In this document: positions 17,683 to 20,355 of the stretch, piece by piece
Position numbering within the stretch: position 1 is the stretch's first letter
Layout: each line of letters opens with the position of its first letter
DNA from: Arcobacter sp.
Lineage (GTDB): Bacteria; Campylobacterota; Campylobacteria; Campylobacterales; Arcobacteraceae
Assembly: GCA_965662175.1 (NCBI GenBank)
Contig: CBFIGT010000034.1
Span: 1 to 20,355 of the forward strand
Direction of reading: 5' to 3'
Length of the DNA: 20,355 nucleotides
Made by a program: the position numbers and the translations under genes
Notes under the pieces: generated by a model
The model's input: the letters and a program-made list of their open reading frames with translations, nothing else
The model's database searches: none
What the model was told of the DNA's origin: nothing

Positions 17683-18420
17683 TTAAAGCAATACCTGATA
17701 AAACAACAAAATAGCAATAATAAATAGTATTACTTTTAAAATCTTTTTATAAAGATTTTCAGGTATCAATCTTTTTAGTTTTATTCCTAAAAATAGTGCA
17801 AATAAAACTGCAAATACAGATAAAAAAGAGCTTGTTGCAACTTCAAATGTCAAAGATGAAGCAAAAGTGAAAAGTGTGATTTGTGTTAGTTTTGAAAATA
17901 GAAAACAGAAATTTGCAGCTTGTATCATCTGTGCTTTTGTAAACTTTGACTCCATTGAATAGATTATTAAAACAGGTGCTATTACATTTGTAAGACCACC
18001 AATTATTCCACCACCTATTCCAAATATTGCCCTTGCTTTTTTTGGCTCTTTTCTTATATAGGGAAGGGAGAATTTAAATTTATCCATAAATAAATATATA
18101 AGAATCATAAATGCAAGTACTAGTTTAAAAACCTCAGAGTTACTATATATTAGAATTCCCGTACCAATAGCACTTCCTATAACTGTAAAAAGTCCCAAAG
18201 GATAGAACTCTTTTAAAGCTTTGAAAAAGTTCCCCTCACTTGCTATGCTTATAATATTTACAAAAAGTGTAGGGATTAGTGTATAAATTATTGCTGTTTG
18301 AATATCAGTAAAAAGAGCTATCAAAGGAGTTGCGATTATTGGAAAACCAAAACCAACTCCCCCATGAATAAAAGCTGCGAAAAAGAGGATTAGACAAAGT
18401 TCAAAGAAAAATGATTCCAT
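17683..18420 (-). CDS. Sulfite exporter TauE/SafE family membrane protein
   Basis: 'AAFIHGGVGFGFP' and the repeated 'GGIIGGLTNVIAP' motif; about 8 TM. Confidence 0.88.
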   Translation of the reverse strand: MESFFFELCLILFFAAFIHGGVGFGFPIIATPLIALFTDIQTAIIYTLIPTLFVNIISIASEGNFFKALKEFYPLGLFTVIGSAIGTGILIYSNSEVFKLVLAFMILIYLFMDKFKFSLPYIRKEPKKARAIFGIGGGIIGGLTNVIAPVLIIYSMESKFTKAQMIQAANFCFLFSKLTQITLFTFASSLTFEVATSSFLSVFAVLFALFLGIKLKRLIPENLYKKILKVILFIIAILLFYQVLL

Positions 18421-18483
18421 ATTTATATAATCTCCGAACTCTATTATTTACTTTTTTTATATCACTCTCTTTTGCAATTTTTC

Positions 18484-18888
18484 TTAATAACTCATTGAAC
18501 CTGCATTTAAAAGTCCAATTGAAATAGATAAAAATGCCATAAAAATTCCAACAGAGATAATTCCCTCAGAAACCTTAGTTTTAAAAGAATATTTCCCACC
18601 AAGTCTTGTAACAATAAATGCAAAAATTAATTGAATTAAAATTGCAACAACTCCCCAAATAACAAAATCCAAATATGATGTAGAGTGAACTAAAGCACTA
18701 TATAAAGGAATTGACACCCCAATAATCGCTCCACCAAAACCAAGAGCCGCTGCTAAATTGTTATCTTCAAAAATAAGCTTATAATCATCATAAGGTGTAA
18801 CAATCGCATATAAATAAAGAAAAACAATAACCAATAATAAAGCTGTAATAAAAAAGCTAATAAAGCCTATAAATAATCCTAATTCCAT
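18484..18888 (-). CDS. DUF350 (YjfL/UPF0719) membrane protein
   Basis: 'Y..VTPYDD..LI..NNLAAA..FGGAIIG..IPL', 'WG.VA..IQL' and 'SISIGLLNAGSMSY'. Confidence 0.88.
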   Translation of the reverse strand: MELGLFIGFISFFITALLLVIVFLYLYAIVTPYDDYKLIFEDNNLAAALGFGGAIIGVSIPLYSALVHSTSYLDFVIWGVVAILIQLIFAFIVTRLGGKYSFKTKVSEGIISVGIFMAFLSISIGLLNAGSMSY

Positions 18889-18929
18889 TTTAAATCCTTT
18901 TTTCGCAATTCTATCTGAAAATTGCTATA

Positions 18930-19182
18930 TCATTTATTACTAGTGCTCAGAATATCTTTAAGTTCTATTATTTTTTTTTCTAATTCTTCTAATTCATTTG
19001 AACAAATGTCAAAAACCGTTTCAGAATCTATATCAACATAATGAAATAGCATCCAATTTATCAAGTCCATCATCTGAATCCAAAAAATCATCACCTGATT
19101 TTATTGTTTTAAATCTTCTCTTTATTAGTTTAATACTTTCTAAAATAAAATCTATTAACTCCAAAGTTGTTGATTTATCCAT
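18930..19182 (-). pseudogene. HepT-like (DUF86/HEPN) toxin pseudogene with an internal deletion and frameshift
   Basis: ATG 19182 overlaps the MNT stop. The first frame gives MDKSTTLELIDFILESIKLIKRRFKTIKSGDDFLDSDDGLDKLDAISLC* (stop 19035-19033). A different frame from 19043 gives HYVDIDSETVFDICSNELEELEKKIIELKDILSTSNK* (stop 18932-18930). Both halves look like DUF86 and the middle is absent. Confidence 0.85.
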
Positions 19183-19465
19183 AAATCACTTCTTTTTGAA
19201 TTTGATTAAATATTGCACCATTACTTCTTTTGTGTTTGTGCATCAAATCTATTTTTTTATTGTAAAGTTCTTCAAGATATACCCATAAACCAGATATGTT
19301 TTTAAAGGTTTTGTTTTTAAACTCCACATAGATATCAATATCGCTGTATTCTGTTTGCATATCTTTTGCATAACTTCCAAAAAGTCCAATTTTATCAACT
19401 TCAAAAGTATTTTGAATATAACTTTTTTCTTTTGAAAGCTTTTCTAAAATATCTTTTTTTGTCAT
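19175..19465 (-). CDS. Minimal nucleotidyltransferase (MntA-type adenylyltransferase antitoxin)
   Basis: 96 aa with an exact GS-X10-DxD motif (GSYAKDMQTEYSDID), 'LEELYNKKIDL' and 'IQKEVIY'. Confidence 0.92.
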   Translation of the reverse strand: MTKKDILEKLSKEKSYIQNTFEVDKIGLFGSYAKDMQTEYSDIDIYVEFKNKTFKNISGLWVYLEELYNKKIDLMHKHKRSNGAIFNQIQKEVIYG

Positions 19466-19486
19466 TTGAACTCCTTTTTTGGATTT

Positions 19487-19495
19487 ATTATATCA
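19487..19495 (-). promoter_or_regulatory. Extended -10 promoter of the MNT-HEPN operon
   Basis: Minus strand TG-A-TATAAT, then an AAGGAG RBS and ATG 19465. Confidence 0.7.
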
Positions 19496-19534
19496 AAATA
19501 TTGGGACTTTTAATGATGTTTAATGAGCTTTAAA

Positions 19535-20355
19535 TCATCTCAAAATCTTATTTACTAGTTCTTTGTAATCTTTTACACAATCATAAATAATGTTTTCATC
19601 AGATAGCGATTCGAAATATTTTTTTGCATATTGTATTTTCAAATCTTCCGCACCTTTTAGTTGAAGCTCTTCACAATCCCCTTTTGTCTCAGCTATAAAG
19701 TAGATATTTTTTTTATCTGCTTTTTCAAAAACTACTGCCCAATCAGGATTATAACCACTTTTCAAAATTGGCATTGGTATCTTAAAATCATTAGGAAGTT
19801 TTGCATATACTACTATTTGCCCACTATCCATATTTTTTGCAAAATCTCTTTCTACTTTTGAGTCTGATTTCAAATAATCATATATATGTTTTTTTACCTC
19901 AATTGTGTCACCTGATAAATTACATTTAAAATGAGGAATTGTAAAAATATCAGTTTTATACTCCTCATTTGTTTTGAAATATTTTATTCCACTTATTAAA
20001 AGTTTTGCTTTTTGTGTGTTTATTATATGAGCAACTTTTATTATAAAATCTTCAGGATTTGATTTAAACATTGCAAACTTATCTTCTCTTATTTCACTTA
20101 AAATTGCAACGGCTGTTTTTCTTGTAAGTTGTGTATTTTTTACAATCTCTCCTATTAAGTCATATTTTGTATAACCTAATTCATAATCCATCAATTCATA
20201 ACTATTTTGTGATTCTTCCATCATATTTTTATCTTTTGATAAATCACCTACTTCCAAAAGAGATTTTTGTGTACCTGTTGTGATTTTGACTTTTACTTTT
20301 GTCACTTCCAAAGTTTGATTTATAGTTTCAATACTATTTGTTTTCAAATCTTCAC
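19535..20355 (-). CDS. res: Type III restriction-modification system Res (endonuclease) subunit, C-terminal part (partial)
   Basis: The frame stays open to the window edge. Motifs 'DSKVERDFA', 'VYAKLP..FKIP.P', PD-(D/E)xK nuclease 'YNPDWAVV...IYFIAETKG' and 'E..KI.YAKKYF'. Confidence 0.88.
   Translation of the reverse strand, partial: EDLKTNSIETINQTLEVTKVKVKITTGTQKSLLEVGDLSKDKNMMEESQNSYELMDYELGYTKYDLIGEIVKNTQLTRKTAVAILSEIREDKFAMFKSNPEDFIIKVAHIINTQKAKLLISGIKYFKTNEEYKTDIFTIPHFKCNLSGDTIEVKKHIYDYLKSDSKVERDFAKNMDSGQIVVYAKLPNDFKIPMPILKSGYNPDWAVVFEKADKKNIYFIAETKGDCEELQLKGAEDLKIQYAKKYFESLSDENIIYDCVKDYKELVNKILR

Noticed and set aside
18971..18979. A9 tract in the HEPN remnant as a phase-variation switch
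   Set aside because: It is in frame (E-K-K-I). The disruption is upstream at about 19043 and involves missing sequence, not slippage.
18998..19288. 96-aa plus-strand ORF
   Set aside because: Antisense shadow of the HEPN pseudogene and MNT; the recognisable coding signal is on the minus strand.
19661..19861. 66-aa plus-strand ORF
   Set aside because: Antisense to res.

Overview
AT-rich Campylobacterota chromosome segment, most likely Arcobacteraceae, judged from the 16S 5' end and gene content. Left to right: the 5' end, leader and promoter of an rRNA operon (minus strand); a housekeeping block (yccA/BI-1, standalone ThiD2, BioC-like methyltransferase, secG, frr, pyrE, RDD, MFS, yaaA, ychJ, comEA); and an accessory metabolic/redox block. 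That block holds an MFS, a secreted Sud-like rhodanese, a translationally coupled ThDP-enzyme + ALDH pair, a HAD phosphatase, a DUF4405 membrane protein, cytochrome c, an ABM monooxygenase, a DASH cryptochrome, TauE and DUF350. The right edge is a defence locus: the C-terminus of a type III restriction Res subunit followed by an MNT-HEPN toxin-antitoxin pair. Three observations stand out. (1) The CRY-DASH appears to have its proximal and distal electron-transfer tryptophans naturally replaced by Phe. (2) The 'acetolactate synthase' + ALDH operon looks like a 2-oxoglutarate decarboxylase/succinic-semialdehyde dehydrogenase TCA bypass. (3) A HEPN toxin gene missed by the ORF track is destroyed by an internal deletion while its MNT antitoxin stays intact. 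Family assignments come from recognised motifs and recalled reference sequences, not from database searches.
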